From contig SKIF01000069.1 in assembly GCA_007116575.1 (NCBI GenBank), positions 1,234-65,233 on the forward strand: a DNA stretch of 64,000 nucleotides, given 5' to 3'. Origin of the DNA: Paracoccaceae bacterium (GTDB lineage Bacteria; Pseudomonadota; Alphaproteobacteria; Rhodobacterales; Rhodobacteraceae). Under the pieces are notes generated by a model. The model was not told the DNA's origin and ran no database searches. It saw only the letters and a program-made list of their open reading frames with translations. Numbering within the stretch: the first letter of the stretch is position 1; each line of letters starts with the position of its first letter. Shown piece after piece: positions 23,206-33,788 of the stretch. The position numbers and the translations under genes were made by a program.

Positions 23206-24609
23206 ATGACCCAATTTTCCGACCTGAAGCTGGACCCCAAGGTCCTCAAAGCCATTTCTGACGCGGGCTACACCACCCCGACCCCCATCCAGGCAGAAGC
23301 CATTCCACACGCGCTTGAAGGGCGCGATGTGCTGGGCATCGCCCAGACAGGGACGGGCAAGACCGCTTCTTTCACGATACCGCTGATCACCCGTCTGGGA
23401 CGGGGTCGGGCACGGGCGCGGATGCCGCGCAGTCTGGTGCTGGCACCCACCCGTGAACTCGCCGCGCAGGTGGCCGAGAATTTCGACACTTACGCCAAGC
23501 ATACCCGCCTGACCAAGGCATTGCTGATCGGCGGCGTGGCCTTTGGCGAGCAGGACAAGCTGATCGACCGGGGCGTGGATGTGCTGATCGCCACACCGGG
23601 TCGCCTGCTCGATCATTTCGAGCGCGGCAAGCTGCTTCTGACCGGTGTCGAGGTGATGGTGGTGGATGAAGCCGATCGCATGCTCGACATGGGCTTCATC
23701 CCCGATATCGAGCGTATCTTCGGGCTGACACCATTCACCCGCCAGACTTTCTTCTACTCGGCCACCATGGCCCCCGAGATCGAGCGGGTGACAAACACCT
23801 TCCTGTCGAACCCGGTACGGGTCGAGGTGGCGCGTCAGGCCACCGCGTCCGAGACCATCGCACAGGAACTGATCCAGCTTGCCCCCACCCGGCGCGACGC
23901 TGCCGCCAAGGCCAAGCGCGATGCGCTGCGCGCGATCATCGCCGCCGAAGGCGAGAAGCTGGAGAACGCGATCATCTTTTGCAATCGCAAGGTCGAGGTG
24001 GATGTGCTGGCCAAGTCGCTGATCAAGCACAAGCTCGACGCGGCCCCGATCCACGGTGATCTTGACCAGTCGGTGCGCACCCGCACGCTGGAGCGCTTCC
24101 GCAATGGCGAATTGCGGTTGCTGATTGCCTCGGACGTGGCCGCGCGCGGGCTCGATGTGCCCTCGGTCAGCCATGTGTTCAATTTCGACCTGCCATCGCA
24201 TCCCGAGGATTACGTCCACCGCATCGGGCGGACAGGTCGCGCGGGACGGTCGGGCAAGGCTGTGTCGCTGATGGTGCCGTCGGATCAGAAGTATCTCGAC
24301 GCGATCGAGACGCTGATCCAGAAGGAATTGCCGCGCGGAGAGGCGCCCGCAAGCGAGGCGAAGCCCAAGCGCAGCAAGCGGACAGAGACACCCGATGCCG
24401 ACATCAGACCCGAGCCCAAACCGGAGCCCGAAGTCGCTCGCGACGTGCAGACCGAAGAGAAACCCTCCGCGAAGCCGGAAGCCAGCCGCCCGGCACGCGA
24501 GCGCCGCGCAGAGCGCGGCGAGCGCGCGCGGCGTGATCCGCGCGGTGCGGTCGTGGGAATGGGCGATCATGTGCCCGATTTCCTGATGCGCGAGTTTCGC
24601 ATCGCCTGA
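23206..24609 (+). CDS. DEAD-box RNA helicase (RhlE-like)
   Basis: AQTGTGKT, PTRELA, DEAD, SAT, HRIGRTGRAG. Confidence 0.96.
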   Translation: MTQFSDLKLDPKVLKAISDAGYTTPTPIQAEAIPHALEGRDVLGIAQTGTGKTASFTIPLITRLGRGRARARMPRSLVLAPTRELAAQVAENFDTYAKHTRLTKALLIGGVAFGEQDKLIDRGVDVLIATPGRLLDHFERGKLLLTGVEVMVVDEADRMLDMGFIPDIERIFGLTPFTRQTFFYSATMAPEIERVTNTFLSNPVRVEVARQATASETIAQELIQLAPTRRDAAAKAKRDALRAIIAAEGEKLENAIIFCNRKVEVDVLAKSLIKHKLDAAPIHGDLDQSVRTRTLERFRNGELRLLIASDVAARGLDVPSVSHVFNFDLPSHPEDYVHRIGRTGRAGRSGKAVSLMVPSDQKYLDAIETLIQKELPRGEAPASEAKPKRSKRTETPDADIRPEPKPEPEVARDVQTEEKPSAKPEASRPARERRAERGERARRDPRGAVVGMGDHVPDFLMREFRIA

Positions 24610-24639
24610 CGACGTCGACCGCGGACAACTCCCCCAAAT

Positions 24640-24666
24640 AAAAACGCCGCCTGCGGGCGGCGTTTT
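24640..24666. terminator. bidirectional intrinsic terminator
   Basis: AAAACGCCGCC-TGCG-GGCGGCGTTTT between convergent genes. Confidence 0.85.
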
Positions 24667-24757
24667 ACGGTTCTGCCCCCCCGTGCCACGCGTCGCAGGG
24701 CACGCGGGTGGGTCAAGCGTGACCTGTGGGGCGCGGGGAAGCGGGCCTTGCCTTCAC

Positions 24758-25849
24758 TCAGCGATAGAGCAACGACACCTTGTTGTGGAACAGATGAATC
24801 TTCGACGGATCTGCCTTCAGCTTCACGTTCCGGCCTTTCAGTTCGGCATGAATCCCCGCCAGCTTTGCCAGCACCGGGGCCGCCCCTGCCGACTCGGGCT
24901 TGAAATAGAGCACCGTCAATTCACCCAGCGCCTCGACCAGATCAACCTCGCCCTGATACAGGAAATCGGCGTCATCCGTCGCAACCAGATCCTCGGGGCG
25001 CACGCCAAGATTCACCTTCAGCCCCATATCGGCATCGGTGGTCGGGATATCGGCCTTGGCCGTTCCGCCACCAGCAAGCTTCACTGTGGTCTGTTCACCT
25101 GTTCCAGTGATCTCGCCCGCCAGCAGATTCATCGCCGGAGAGCCGATGAACTGCGCCACGAACTCCCCATTGGGGCGCTCGTACAGCTCCAGCGGTGAGC
25201 CCACCTGTGCGATTCCGCCGCCCGCCAGAACAACAATGCGCGAGGCCAGCGTCATCGCCTCGACCTGGTCATGGGTGACATAGATCATGGTTGACTCGGG
25301 CATCGACTCTTTCAGTTTCGCAATCTCGATCCGGGTTGCGACGCGCAAGGCCGCATCGAGATTCGAGAGCGGTTCGTCGAAGAGATACACTTTCGGGTCA
25401 CGCACGATCGAGCGGCCAATCGCCACGCGCTGGCGCTGCCCGCCCGAGAGCGCCTTGGGCAGGCGGTCGAGATAGGGCGCGAGTTGCAGGACATCCGCGG
25501 CGCGCTGCACGGCGGCGTCGATCTCGGACTTGCTCTTGCCGGCAAGTTTCAGCGCGAAGGCCATGTTGTCGCGCACTGTCATGTGCGGATAGAGCGCATA
25601 GGACTGGAACACCATGGCGATGCCGCGCTGCGCGGGGGGGATGTCATTGACCACCATCCCGTCAATCTGCAGCTCGCCGCCGGTAATCTTCTCAAGCCCT
25701 GCAATCATGCGCAGCAATGTGGATTTGCCGCAGCCCGACGGGCCGACAAAGACGATCAGCTCACCCTTCTTGATGTCGAGGTTGATGTCAGACAACACCT
25801 TGACCTCGCCATAGGCCTTTTCAACATCCGTCAATTTCAGATCGGCCAT
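24758..25849 (-). CDS. aglK: sugar ABC ATPase (AglK/MalK)
   Basis: GPSGCGKS, LSGGQRQRV; agl context. Confidence 0.88.
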   Translation of the reverse strand: MADLKLTDVEKAYGEVKVLSDINLDIKKGELIVFVGPSGCGKSTLLRMIAGLEKITGGELQIDGMVVNDIPPAQRGIAMVFQSYALYPHMTVRDNMAFALKLAGKSKSEIDAAVQRAADVLQLAPYLDRLPKALSGGQRQRVAIGRSIVRDPKVYLFDEPLSNLDAALRVATRIEIAKLKESMPESTMIYVTHDQVEAMTLASRIVVLAGGGIAQVGSPLELYERPNGEFVAQFIGSPAMNLLAGEITGTGEQTTVKLAGGGTAKADIPTTDADMGLKVNLGVRPEDLVATDDADFLYQGEVDLVEALGELTVLYFKPESAGAAPVLAKLAGIHAELKGRNVKLKADPSKIHLFHNKVSLLYR

Positions 25850-25867
25850 GACTCCCTCCCAAATAAC

Positions 25868-27520
25868 CTATCGCTTCACGACCAGGCACGGCTGCCACGG
25901 TCCCAGATGCACCAGCCCGTCCTCTCCCGGGCCAGAGCTGTTCAGTTCCTGCCCGACCGCAACCCAATGCCCGTCGGGCAAATAGATCGTGGCGGGTTCG
26001 TGACTCAGATTGAAGGCGCAGAACATCACTTCTCCCACTTCCTCGCGGATGAAGGACAATGTCTCGCCCGAGACATGCAGATCGCGAAGGCTGCCCCGCA
26101 TCACTGCGCGATGCGCCTGCCGGAAGGCAATCGCGCGGCGGTAGTGGTGCAGGATCGCATCAGGCGCGCGTTCCTGCGCGTCCACCGCCAAACCGATATG
26201 CTCGCGCGCGACCGGCAGCCAGGGCATACCCTGCGAGAAACCACCATTCACAATATCGCGGGTCCAGACCATCGGCGTGCGACAGCCGTCGCGGCCCTTG
26301 TATTCGGGCCAGAACTGGATGCCATAGGGATCACGCAGATCCTCGAAGACAAGCTCTGCCTCGGGCAGGCCCAGTTCCTCGCCCTGATAGAGGCAGACCG
26401 AGCCACGCAGACACATCAAGAGCGTGGCATAGGCGCGCGCCGCTGCCGGGCTCAGTGTCCAGCGCGTCAGATGGCGCATCACGTCATGGTTCGAGAACGC
26501 CCAGCAAGCCCAGCCTTCGGGGGCGACATGGTCCAGGTGGCGCAGCACTGCCGCTATCCGCGCGGCAGAGGGAATTTCGGCTGACAGGAATTCGAACGCA
26601 TAGCACATCTGCACCTTGTCATTGCCCGATGTGTATTCGCCCAGAATCTCCAGCCCGAATTGCGCATCCCCCACTTCCCCGACAGCAGCGGCGTCGTACA
26701 TGTCCAGAACGGCGCGGAACCGGCGCAGGAATTCGAGGTTCTCGGGACGGTTCTTGTCGTAAAGATGCTCCTGATGGTTATAGGGGTTCACTGACGGGGC
26801 GATCGAAGCATTGCGCTTCTCGGGTGGCAGGGGCGGATTGTCGCGCAATTCTTGATCGTGGACATAGAAATTGATCGTATCCAGCCGGAATCCGTTGACC
26901 CCACGCTCGAGCCAGAAACGCGCCACATTCAGAAGCTCTTCCTGCACCTGCGGCTCGTGAAAGTTCAGGTCGGGCTGCGAGGCCAGGAAATTGTGCAGGT
27001 AATACTGACAGCGCGTCGCATCCCAGGCCCAGGCCGAGCCACCGAAGATCGACAGCCAGTTATTGGGCGGGGTGCCATCGGGTTTCGGGTCGGCCCAGAC
27101 ATACCAGTCCGCGCGCGGGTTGTCGCGCGAGGACCGGCTTTCGATGAACCACGGATGCTGGTCCGACGAATGCGACAGCACCAGATCGATCAGCACCTTG
27201 ATCCCGAGCCGATGCGCGGCGGCAACCAGTGCATCGAAATCAGACAACGTGCCGAACATCGGATCGACATCGCAATAATCCGACACGTCATAGCCGAAAT
27301 CCTTCATCGGCGAGGTGAAGAAAGGGCTGATCCAGATCGCATCGACCCCGAGGCTGGCGATATAGGGCAGCCGCTCGATGATGCCGCGCAGATCGCCGAT
27401 ACCATCGCCGTTGCTATCCTGAAAGCTGCGGGGGTAGATCTGGTAGATCACCGACCCGCGCCACCAGTCGGGGTGAAGCTCCAGCCCGCGTTCGGGCTGC
27501 AACAGGGTTTGTGCAGTCAC
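25868..27520 (-). CDS. aglA: alpha-glucosidase (GH13)
   Basis: YQIYPRSF, DFGYDVSDY, GFRLD, NHD, RDGCRTPM. Confidence 0.9.
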   Translation of the reverse strand: MTAQTLLQPERGLELHPDWWRGSVIYQIYPRSFQDSNGDGIGDLRGIIERLPYIASLGVDAIWISPFFTSPMKDFGYDVSDYCDVDPMFGTLSDFDALVAAAHRLGIKVLIDLVLSHSSDQHPWFIESRSSRDNPRADWYVWADPKPDGTPPNNWLSIFGGSAWAWDATRCQYYLHNFLASQPDLNFHEPQVQEELLNVARFWLERGVNGFRLDTINFYVHDQELRDNPPLPPEKRNASIAPSVNPYNHQEHLYDKNRPENLEFLRRFRAVLDMYDAAAVGEVGDAQFGLEILGEYTSGNDKVQMCYAFEFLSAEIPSAARIAAVLRHLDHVAPEGWACWAFSNHDVMRHLTRWTLSPAAARAYATLLMCLRGSVCLYQGEELGLPEAELVFEDLRDPYGIQFWPEYKGRDGCRTPMVWTRDIVNGGFSQGMPWLPVAREHIGLAVDAQERAPDAILHHYRRAIAFRQAHRAVMRGSLRDLHVSGETLSFIREEVGEVMFCAFNLSHEPATIYLPDGHWVAVGQELNSSGPGEDGLVHLGPWQPCLVVKR

Positions 27521-27532
27521 GGTAACGTATCC

Positions 27533-28684
27533 TTACTTGACGGAGCCAGCCAGAAGGCCGCGCACCAGGTAGCGTTGCATGGTAAAGAACACCAGAAGCG
27601 GTACCGCGATCGAGACAAAGGCGGCTGTCGCCAAAATGCCCCAGTCCCCCCCCCGCGAGCCCAGCAGGTCATCGGCGATCTTGACGGTCATCACCTGACT
27701 GTCCGCACCCGACGGCAGGAAAACCTTGGCCACCAGCAGGTCATTCCATGTCCAGAGAAACTGAAAGATCGCGAAAGAGGCCAGTGCCGGGAAACTGAGC
27801 GGCAGGATGATGCGCACGAAAATCTGGAAATCCGTCGCGCCATCGACCTTGGCGCCCTCGATGATGTCGCGCGGCAGCCCCACCATGTAATTTCGCAACA
27901 GATAAACCGCAAGCGGCAACCCGAAGCCCGTATGGGCCAGCCATATGCCGAGGAAGGACTGGCCGATGCCGATATCCGTATGCAGCCTGAGAAGCGGCAC
28001 AAGCGCCAGTTGCAACGGCACCACCAACAGCCCAACCACTGCCGCGATCAACAGACCGCGTCCGGGGAAGTCCATCCAGGCCAGCGCGTAGGCGGCAAAG
28101 GCCGCGATCAGGATCGGGATGATCGTGGCCGGGATGGTCACGGTCAGCGTATTGATGAAGGCGCGGTCCATGCCATCGGCGAAGAGCACGGTATTATAGT
28201 TCGCAAAGGTGAAACTCGGCGGTGTTCGCGCCTCGAAATAGAGGGTCGGGCCGCGGGAGATTTCCTCAGCAGACTCGACGCGGAAACGACCATCGGCATT
28301 GACGGTCACTGTGCCGCCCGTGCGCAGTTCCACCACTTCGCCCGGTGCAAATTCGCCCGGATCAACCGCGCGCGTTCCGAAAGCCGAGACCACGCCTTCG
28401 CCTTCCGGGAAATCAGAGGCAAGCGAGGGATCGGCGAAGACATTGCCCTCGATGATGAAGAGCCCGCCCTCCTCGCGCACGTTATCCGCAGCAACGCGCG
28501 AGCGGAAATTCAGATCCACCGCGAAGGGTGCCTGCCACCAGCCCGAATTCGAGATCTGGTCGCGGTCGCGGAAGGACGACACGAAAAGCCCGATGGTCGG
28601 CAACAGCCACAGCAGCACGAGGATGAGCACCGTGATATTGACGAGCACCCGTCCGCCCTGGTTCTGTCCGGCGATATTATCCAT
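27533..28684 (-). CDS. aglG: alpha-glucoside ABC permease
   Basis: EAA-like loop IIEGAKVDGAT, WTWNDLL. Confidence 0.85.
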   Translation of the reverse strand: MDNIAGQNQGGRVLVNITVLILVLLWLLPTIGLFVSSFRDRDQISNSGWWQAPFAVDLNFRSRVAADNVREEGGLFIIEGNVFADPSLASDFPEGEGVVSAFGTRAVDPGEFAPGEVVELRTGGTVTVNADGRFRVESAEEISRGPTLYFEARTPPSFTFANYNTVLFADGMDRAFINTLTVTIPATIIPILIAAFAAYALAWMDFPGRGLLIAAVVGLLVVPLQLALVPLLRLHTDIGIGQSFLGIWLAHTGFGLPLAVYLLRNYMVGLPRDIIEGAKVDGATDFQIFVRIILPLSFPALASFAIFQFLWTWNDLLVAKVFLPSGADSQVMTVKIADDLLGSRGGDWGILATAAFVSIAVPLLVFFTMQRYLVRGLLAGSVK

Positions 28685-28698
28685 TTTTCCTGCCCCCC

Positions 28699-29676
28699 TC
28701 AGCGCATTTCGGCCCGTGCCTGCCGGATGTTCCAGATCATCACCGGCAGAACGAGGATCATGATGACAAAGGCCACAGCCGTTGCCCGCCCGTCATCGCG
28801 GAACATGAAGGTCATCATGTAACTGGGCAGGATATGCGTGCCGAAATTGCCCCCGGTCATGGTATAGACAATGTCGAAGACCTTGAGCGTCAGAATGGTG
28901 ATCGTGGTCCAGACCACGACAATCGTGCCCATGATCTGCGGCACCTTGATCTTGAAGAAGACCTGAAACGGGTTCGCCCCGTCAATGATCGCGGCCTCGA
29001 CCGTTTCCTCGGGGATCCCGCGCAAGGCTGCCGAGAGGATCACCATGGCAAAGCCGGTCTGGATCCAGACAAGGATGAACATGAGGAAAAAGTTGTTCCA
29101 GAACCGGACCTGGAGCGGGTCCAGCGCGGCCAGCCCCATCGAGTCGCGGATCGCATTGATGATGCCGATATCGGGATTGGCGGAATAGACGAACTTCCAG
29201 ATCAGCGAGGCACCGACAAAGGAAATCGCCATCGGCATGAAGATCAGCGATTTCGCGATATTGCCCCAGGACAACCGGTCGGTCAGTTGCGCGATCAGGA
29301 GGCCGAAGAACGTGGCCGCCGCAGGGACGAACAGCACCCAGAGCAGGTTGTTGAACACGGCCGTGCGGAAGCCGCTTTCGCTGAAGAGGTCGATATAATT
29401 GCCAAAGCCGATGAAATTCGCGCCCGAGCGGTCAAAGAGCGAGCGCCAGAACGATCCAACCACCGGATAGGCCAGATAGAGCCCCAGCGCGAACATGGCC
29501 GGGAAGAGGAACAGCCACGGGCGGACCTGATTGGCGCGGTTGATATTGCGCCCCGCATTCGCCCCCTTGGCCGGGAAGATCACCTTGTCGAGGATCAGAT
29601 TCGAGAAATAGAAATAGCCCACGCATCCCCCGACCCCGATCAGAATCGTCAGGATACCCTGAATGACTGGTGACAT
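28699..29676 (-). CDS. aglF: alpha-glucoside ABC permease
   Basis: EAAIIDGA, WIQTGFAMV. Confidence 0.85.
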   Translation of the reverse strand: MSPVIQGILTILIGVGGCVGYFYFSNLILDKVIFPAKGANAGRNINRANQVRPWLFLFPAMFALGLYLAYPVVGSFWRSLFDRSGANFIGFGNYIDLFSESGFRTAVFNNLLWVLFVPAAATFFGLLIAQLTDRLSWGNIAKSLIFMPMAISFVGASLIWKFVYSANPDIGIINAIRDSMGLAALDPLQVRFWNNFFLMFILVWIQTGFAMVILSAALRGIPEETVEAAIIDGANPFQVFFKIKVPQIMGTIVVVWTTITILTLKVFDIVYTMTGGNFGTHILPSYMMTFMFRDDGRATAVAFVIMILVLPVMIWNIRQARAEMR

Positions 29677-29801
29677 GGTCCCCTCCCGTCGCCGTAGACA
29701 GACCTTGTCGCAGGTCCAGCTACGCCTTGTTGCTTGTCATGATGTCCCGGCAGACCGGGGCCGCCATGCGCGCGGCCCCGGCCCAGTCAGAGGCTTGCTG
29801 C

Positions 29802-31154
29802 TCAGCGCATCGAGTCCCAGCGATCCTGCACAGTGTTGGCGACCTCCTCGGCCGGGGTGCCGGTCACGAAATCGACCATCCCGGTCCAGAACGCCCCTGC
29901 GCCGATCTCACCCGGCATGACGTCCGAGGCGTCAAAGCGGAAGGTCGTCGCATCGAGCAGGATCTCGTTCATCGCACGGAACGAGTCATCGGAGAACACG
30001 TCCAGATTGACGCCGGAATGCGGGGTCAGGAAGCCCGATTGCGCCATCCAGACCTCATGCGCGATAGGTGTCTTGAGAAACTCGATCAGCCCGCGCGTGG
30101 CCTCGCTGTCATCGGTGATGGCGAATTGCGTACCAGCCCCCATGACCGGCTCGCCCAGATCCTTCTCGGCAAAGGCCGGGAAATAGAAGAAATCATAGTC
30201 GAACCCGAATTCCGAGCCTTCCGGGAAGAAAGCCGGGATGAAAGAGGCCTGCTTGTGCATGTAGCAATCGGGCGGGATCTGGAACAGGCCGCCCGGGCTG
30301 TCGCGGAAATCGGTCGTGGCCACGGCCTGCGGACCGCCTTGCGCCCAGCCCTCGGTCTGCGCGAACACGCCGAAGGTCTCGATCGCCTCGATCACTTCGG
30401 GCGAGTTGAAGGGCAGCTCATTGGTGATCCACTGGTCGTAAAGCTCCGGCGCGTGCAGGCGCAGCATGATATCCTCGACCCAGTCGGTCGCAGGCCAGCC
30501 GGTCGCAGCCCCCGAACCCAGCCCGATGCACCAGGGCGTACCACCGTCATCGACAATCTGCTGCGACAGCGCGAGCAGATCTTCCATTGTGCCGGGGATC
30601 TCATAGCCCATCTCGTCAAAGGCTTCAGGCGAATACCAGACCAGCGACTTCACATCGACCTTGTAGAAGAAACCGAACATCTCTTCCTCGCCATCGGGGT
30701 TCGGGAAGGTGCCCAGATCGACCCAGGATTGCCCGGCAGCGTAGTTCTCGACCATCCAGTCAGCAGTTTCCTGCCCCAGCGGCGCCAGCGCGCCGCGTGC
30801 GGCCATGTCAGCGGCCAGACCCGGCTGCGGGAACACGGCGATATTGGGCGCTGAATTTGCCTGAATGGAAATCACGATATCCTGTTCGAAGCTGTCCGAG
30901 CCGGAGTATTCGACCGTTGCGCCCGTCGCAGCCTCAAAATATGCCATGGCATTGCGCAGGAAGGTCTGGTCGGGCTGAAGCCACGGCCCCGAGATGGTCA
31001 CCGTCTGGCCCGAAAAATCATGCGCCTCAGCGAATGCCTCAAAGCTCTCCCAGTTGAATCCTTCGGTGCCCGGCTCGATGATCAGGTCCTGCGCGCTTGC
31101 GCCACCCGCCATCAGGGCAAGCGTGGCCACGCCTGCGTAAAGTCTGGATTTCAT
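29802..31154 (-). CDS. aglE: alpha-glucoside ABC substrate-binding protein
   Basis: Signal peptide, ATGWPATDWVED, FRFDASD; GGGAGG RBS. Confidence 0.87.
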   Translation of the reverse strand: MKSRLYAGVATLALMAGGASAQDLIIEPGTEGFNWESFEAFAEAHDFSGQTVTISGPWLQPDQTFLRNAMAYFEAATGATVEYSGSDSFEQDIVISIQANSAPNIAVFPQPGLAADMAARGALAPLGQETADWMVENYAAGQSWVDLGTFPNPDGEEEMFGFFYKVDVKSLVWYSPEAFDEMGYEIPGTMEDLLALSQQIVDDGGTPWCIGLGSGAATGWPATDWVEDIMLRLHAPELYDQWITNELPFNSPEVIEAIETFGVFAQTEGWAQGGPQAVATTDFRDSPGGLFQIPPDCYMHKQASFIPAFFPEGSEFGFDYDFFYFPAFAEKDLGEPVMGAGTQFAITDDSEATRGLIEFLKTPIAHEVWMAQSGFLTPHSGVNLDVFSDDSFRAMNEILLDATTFRFDASDVMPGEIGAGAFWTGMVDFVTGTPAEEVANTVQDRWDSMR

Positions 31155-31237
31155 TGTCATCCTCCCACGGTTGACTGTCTGTTGTGCACAAATCTTGAGC
31201 TCGTGCTGATCAGCATCCCAGCGCACTGGAATCAATT

Positions 31238-31253
31238 TCCAAAACGCTTTGGA
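31238..31253. promoter_or_regulatory. LacI-family (AglR) operator
   Basis: Near-palindrome TCCAAAACGCTTTGGA with LacI-type central CG between divergent aglE and aglR. Confidence 0.7.
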
Positions 31254-31424
31254 TGAACGCAAGGTGGCTGAGGAACCGGGACCTGTCAATCAAATTCTAT
31301 GGAAGTACACTGAATTAATTGGGTCTTTTCGCAGGTGCAGAAAAGCTCAATGCCTGAAAGCCCTTTTCAGCACAGCACGAATTTTGCATAGTGACGCGGA
31401 AATTCAACACGGTTTGGCTAAAAT

Positions 31425-32456
31425 ATGAGCGTTACACTCAAACAGCTTGCGGCATCACTGGGCCTGTCGCCCACAACCGTCAGCCGTGCGCTCAATGGCT
31501 TTCCAGAGGTCAATGCCGCCACCCGCAAGCGCGTGGAGCACGCCGCCGCCGCGGCAAACTACCACCCCAATACCCGCGCCAAGAGCCTCGCCACCGGGCG
31601 CGCGCAGGCAATCGGTCATGTCATCCCGGTTTCGACGAGCCATGAGATCGTGAACCCGGTCTTTGCCGATTTCATTGCCGGGGCGGGCGAGATCTATGCC
31701 CGCAACGGTTATGAAATGATTCTGCGCGTCGTCCCGGATGATAGCGAGGCCCATGCCTATCGCGACCTGATGGCGCGCGGCTCGGTCGATGGAGTCATTC
31801 TGCATGGTCCGCGCACGAACGACGCGCGGGTAGCGATGCTGGCCGAACTGGGTCTGCCCTTTCTGCTGCACGGACGCACCTCGGGGGTGAGTGCGCCCTA
31901 TTCCTGGATCGACATCAACAACCAGCGCTCGTTCAAGCGCGCCACTGAATTCCTGTGCAATTTCGGCCACCGGCGCATCGCGCTTATCAACGGGCTGGAA
32001 GAGATGGATTTCGCCCGCCGCCGCCGCAATGGCTATCTCGAGGCGCTGGACGAGGCCGGGCTGGCACCCGATCCGATGCTGATGCGGCAGGCGGAAATGA
32101 CCGAACCCTATGGCTACCGCGCCGCACAAGAACTGATCCAGCTTCCCGACCCGCCGACCGCATTCCTCGCCTCGTCGATGATCGTGGCCTATGGCATCCT
32201 GCGCGGGCTCAGCGATCTGGGGCTGAAGCTGGGCAGCGATATATCTGTGGTCACGCATGACGACGAATTGTCCTACCTGCCCAATGATGGCGATGTGCCG
32301 CTGTTCACCGCAACGCGCTCTTCCGTGCGCGAGGCCGGGCGCCGCGCGGCCAGCATGTTGCTGCAGTTGGTGGCCGAACCCGGAAGTGGCCCCTTGACCG
32401 AGCTGATGGAAACCGCGCTTGTTCTGGGCGCCTCGACCGGGCCCGCGCGGGTATGA
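31425..32456 (+). CDS. aglR: LacI family regulator
   Basis: TLKQLAASLGLSPTTVSRALNG HTH. Confidence 0.88.
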   Translation: MSVTLKQLAASLGLSPTTVSRALNGFPEVNAATRKRVEHAAAAANYHPNTRAKSLATGRAQAIGHVIPVSTSHEIVNPVFADFIAGAGEIYARNGYEMILRVVPDDSEAHAYRDLMARGSVDGVILHGPRTNDARVAMLAELGLPFLLHGRTSGVSAPYSWIDINNQRSFKRATEFLCNFGHRRIALINGLEEMDFARRRRNGYLEALDEAGLAPDPMLMRQAEMTEPYGYRAAQELIQLPDPPTAFLASSMIVAYGILRGLSDLGLKLGSDISVVTHDDELSYLPNDGDVPLFTATRSSVREAGRRAASMLLQLVAEPGSGPLTELMETALVLGASTGPARV

Positions 32457-33778
32457 GCGGGCTGGGCTTTACCCGCGCCGATTGGCCCGAGGGGTTCCTG
32501 TTCGGCGTCGCGACCTCGGCCTATCAGATCGAGGGCCATGCCCAAGGTGGCGCGGGGCGCACGCATTGGGACGATTTCGCAGCGACCCCCGGCAATGTGG
32601 TGCGCGCCGAGAATGGCGCGCTGGCCTGCGACCACCTCAACCGCTGGCCAGAAGATCTGGACCTGATCGCGGCGGGCGGCTTCGACATCTATCGCTTCTC
32701 GGCCTCATGGGCGCGGGTGCTGCCCGAAGGGCGCGGGGCAGTGAATGCCGAAGGGCTGGATTTCTATGACCGGCTGGTGGACGGGATGCTGGCGCGCGGG
32801 CTGAAACCGGCGCTGACGCTCTATCACTGGGAATTGCCCTCGGCGCTCAATGACCTCGGCGGCTGGCGCAATCGCGACATTGCCGGATGGTTTGCCGATT
32901 ACACCGATATCCTCTGCCGCCGCATCGGCGACCGCATGTGGTCGGCCGCGCCAATCAACGAGCCCTGGTGCGTCGGCTGGCTGTCGCATTTCATGGGTGC
33001 GCAAGCACCAGGGCTGCGCGACATTCGCGCGACCGCGCGGGCGATGCATCATGTCGGCCTGTCCCACGGTCGCGCCATGCAAGCCATGCGCGCGCTCGGC
33101 ATGGGCAATCTGGGTGCAGTGTGCAATTTCGAATACGCCCTGCCCCTGACCGACAGCCCCGAGGACAAGGCCGCCGCCCAACTCTATGACGGCATCTATA
33201 ACCGCTGGTTTCTGGGCGCGATGTGCAAGGGCGCGTATCCGGCAGATGTGCTGCAGGGGCTGGAGCCGCATCTGCCCACAGGCTGGCAGGAGGACATGGC
33301 CACAATCCGCCAGCCCCTCGACTGGCTGGGGCTGAACTACTATACCTGCAAACGTATCGCCCATACCAAAGGCGCATGGCCGCATTTGTCCGAGCATGTG
33401 GGCGATCTGCCGCAGACCCAGATGGGATGGGAAATCTGTCCCGAGGGGCTGAGCCATTTCCTGCGTTTCGCGCGCGAGAATTACACCGGCGATCTGCCGC
33501 TCTATGTCACCGAAAACGGCATGGCCAATCCCGACACGCCCGACGTGCCCGATACGGCGCGCATCGATTATCTGCGCGCGCATCTTGACATGGCCCGCGC
33601 AGCGATTGCCGATGGTGTGCCGTTGAAGGGCTATATCGTCTGGTCGCTGATGGATAATTACGAGTGGAGCCTCGGTTATGAAAAACGCTTCGGGCTGGTC
33701 CATGTCGATTTTGACAGCTTGCAGCGCCGGCCCAAAGCGTCGTATCAGGCGCTGCAAACGGCGTTAGCGCGAACATAG
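32453..33778 (+). CDS. beta-glucosidase (GH1)
   Basis: ATSAYQIEG, NEP, TENG, DNYEW. Confidence 0.93.
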   Translation: MSGLGFTRADWPEGFLFGVATSAYQIEGHAQGGAGRTHWDDFAATPGNVVRAENGALACDHLNRWPEDLDLIAAGGFDIYRFSASWARVLPEGRGAVNAEGLDFYDRLVDGMLARGLKPALTLYHWELPSALNDLGGWRNRDIAGWFADYTDILCRRIGDRMWSAAPINEPWCVGWLSHFMGAQAPGLRDIRATARAMHHVGLSHGRAMQAMRALGMGNLGAVCNFEYALPLTDSPEDKAAAQLYDGIYNRWFLGAMCKGAYPADVLQGLEPHLPTGWQEDMATIRQPLDWLGLNYYTCKRIAHTKGAWPHLSEHVGDLPQTQMGWEICPEGLSHFLRFARENYTGDLPLYVTENGMANPDTPDVPDTARIDYLRAHLDMARAAIADGVPLKGYIVWSLMDNYEWSLGYEKRFGLVHVDFDSLQRRPKASYQALQTALART

Positions 33779-33788
33779 GCAGAGGCAG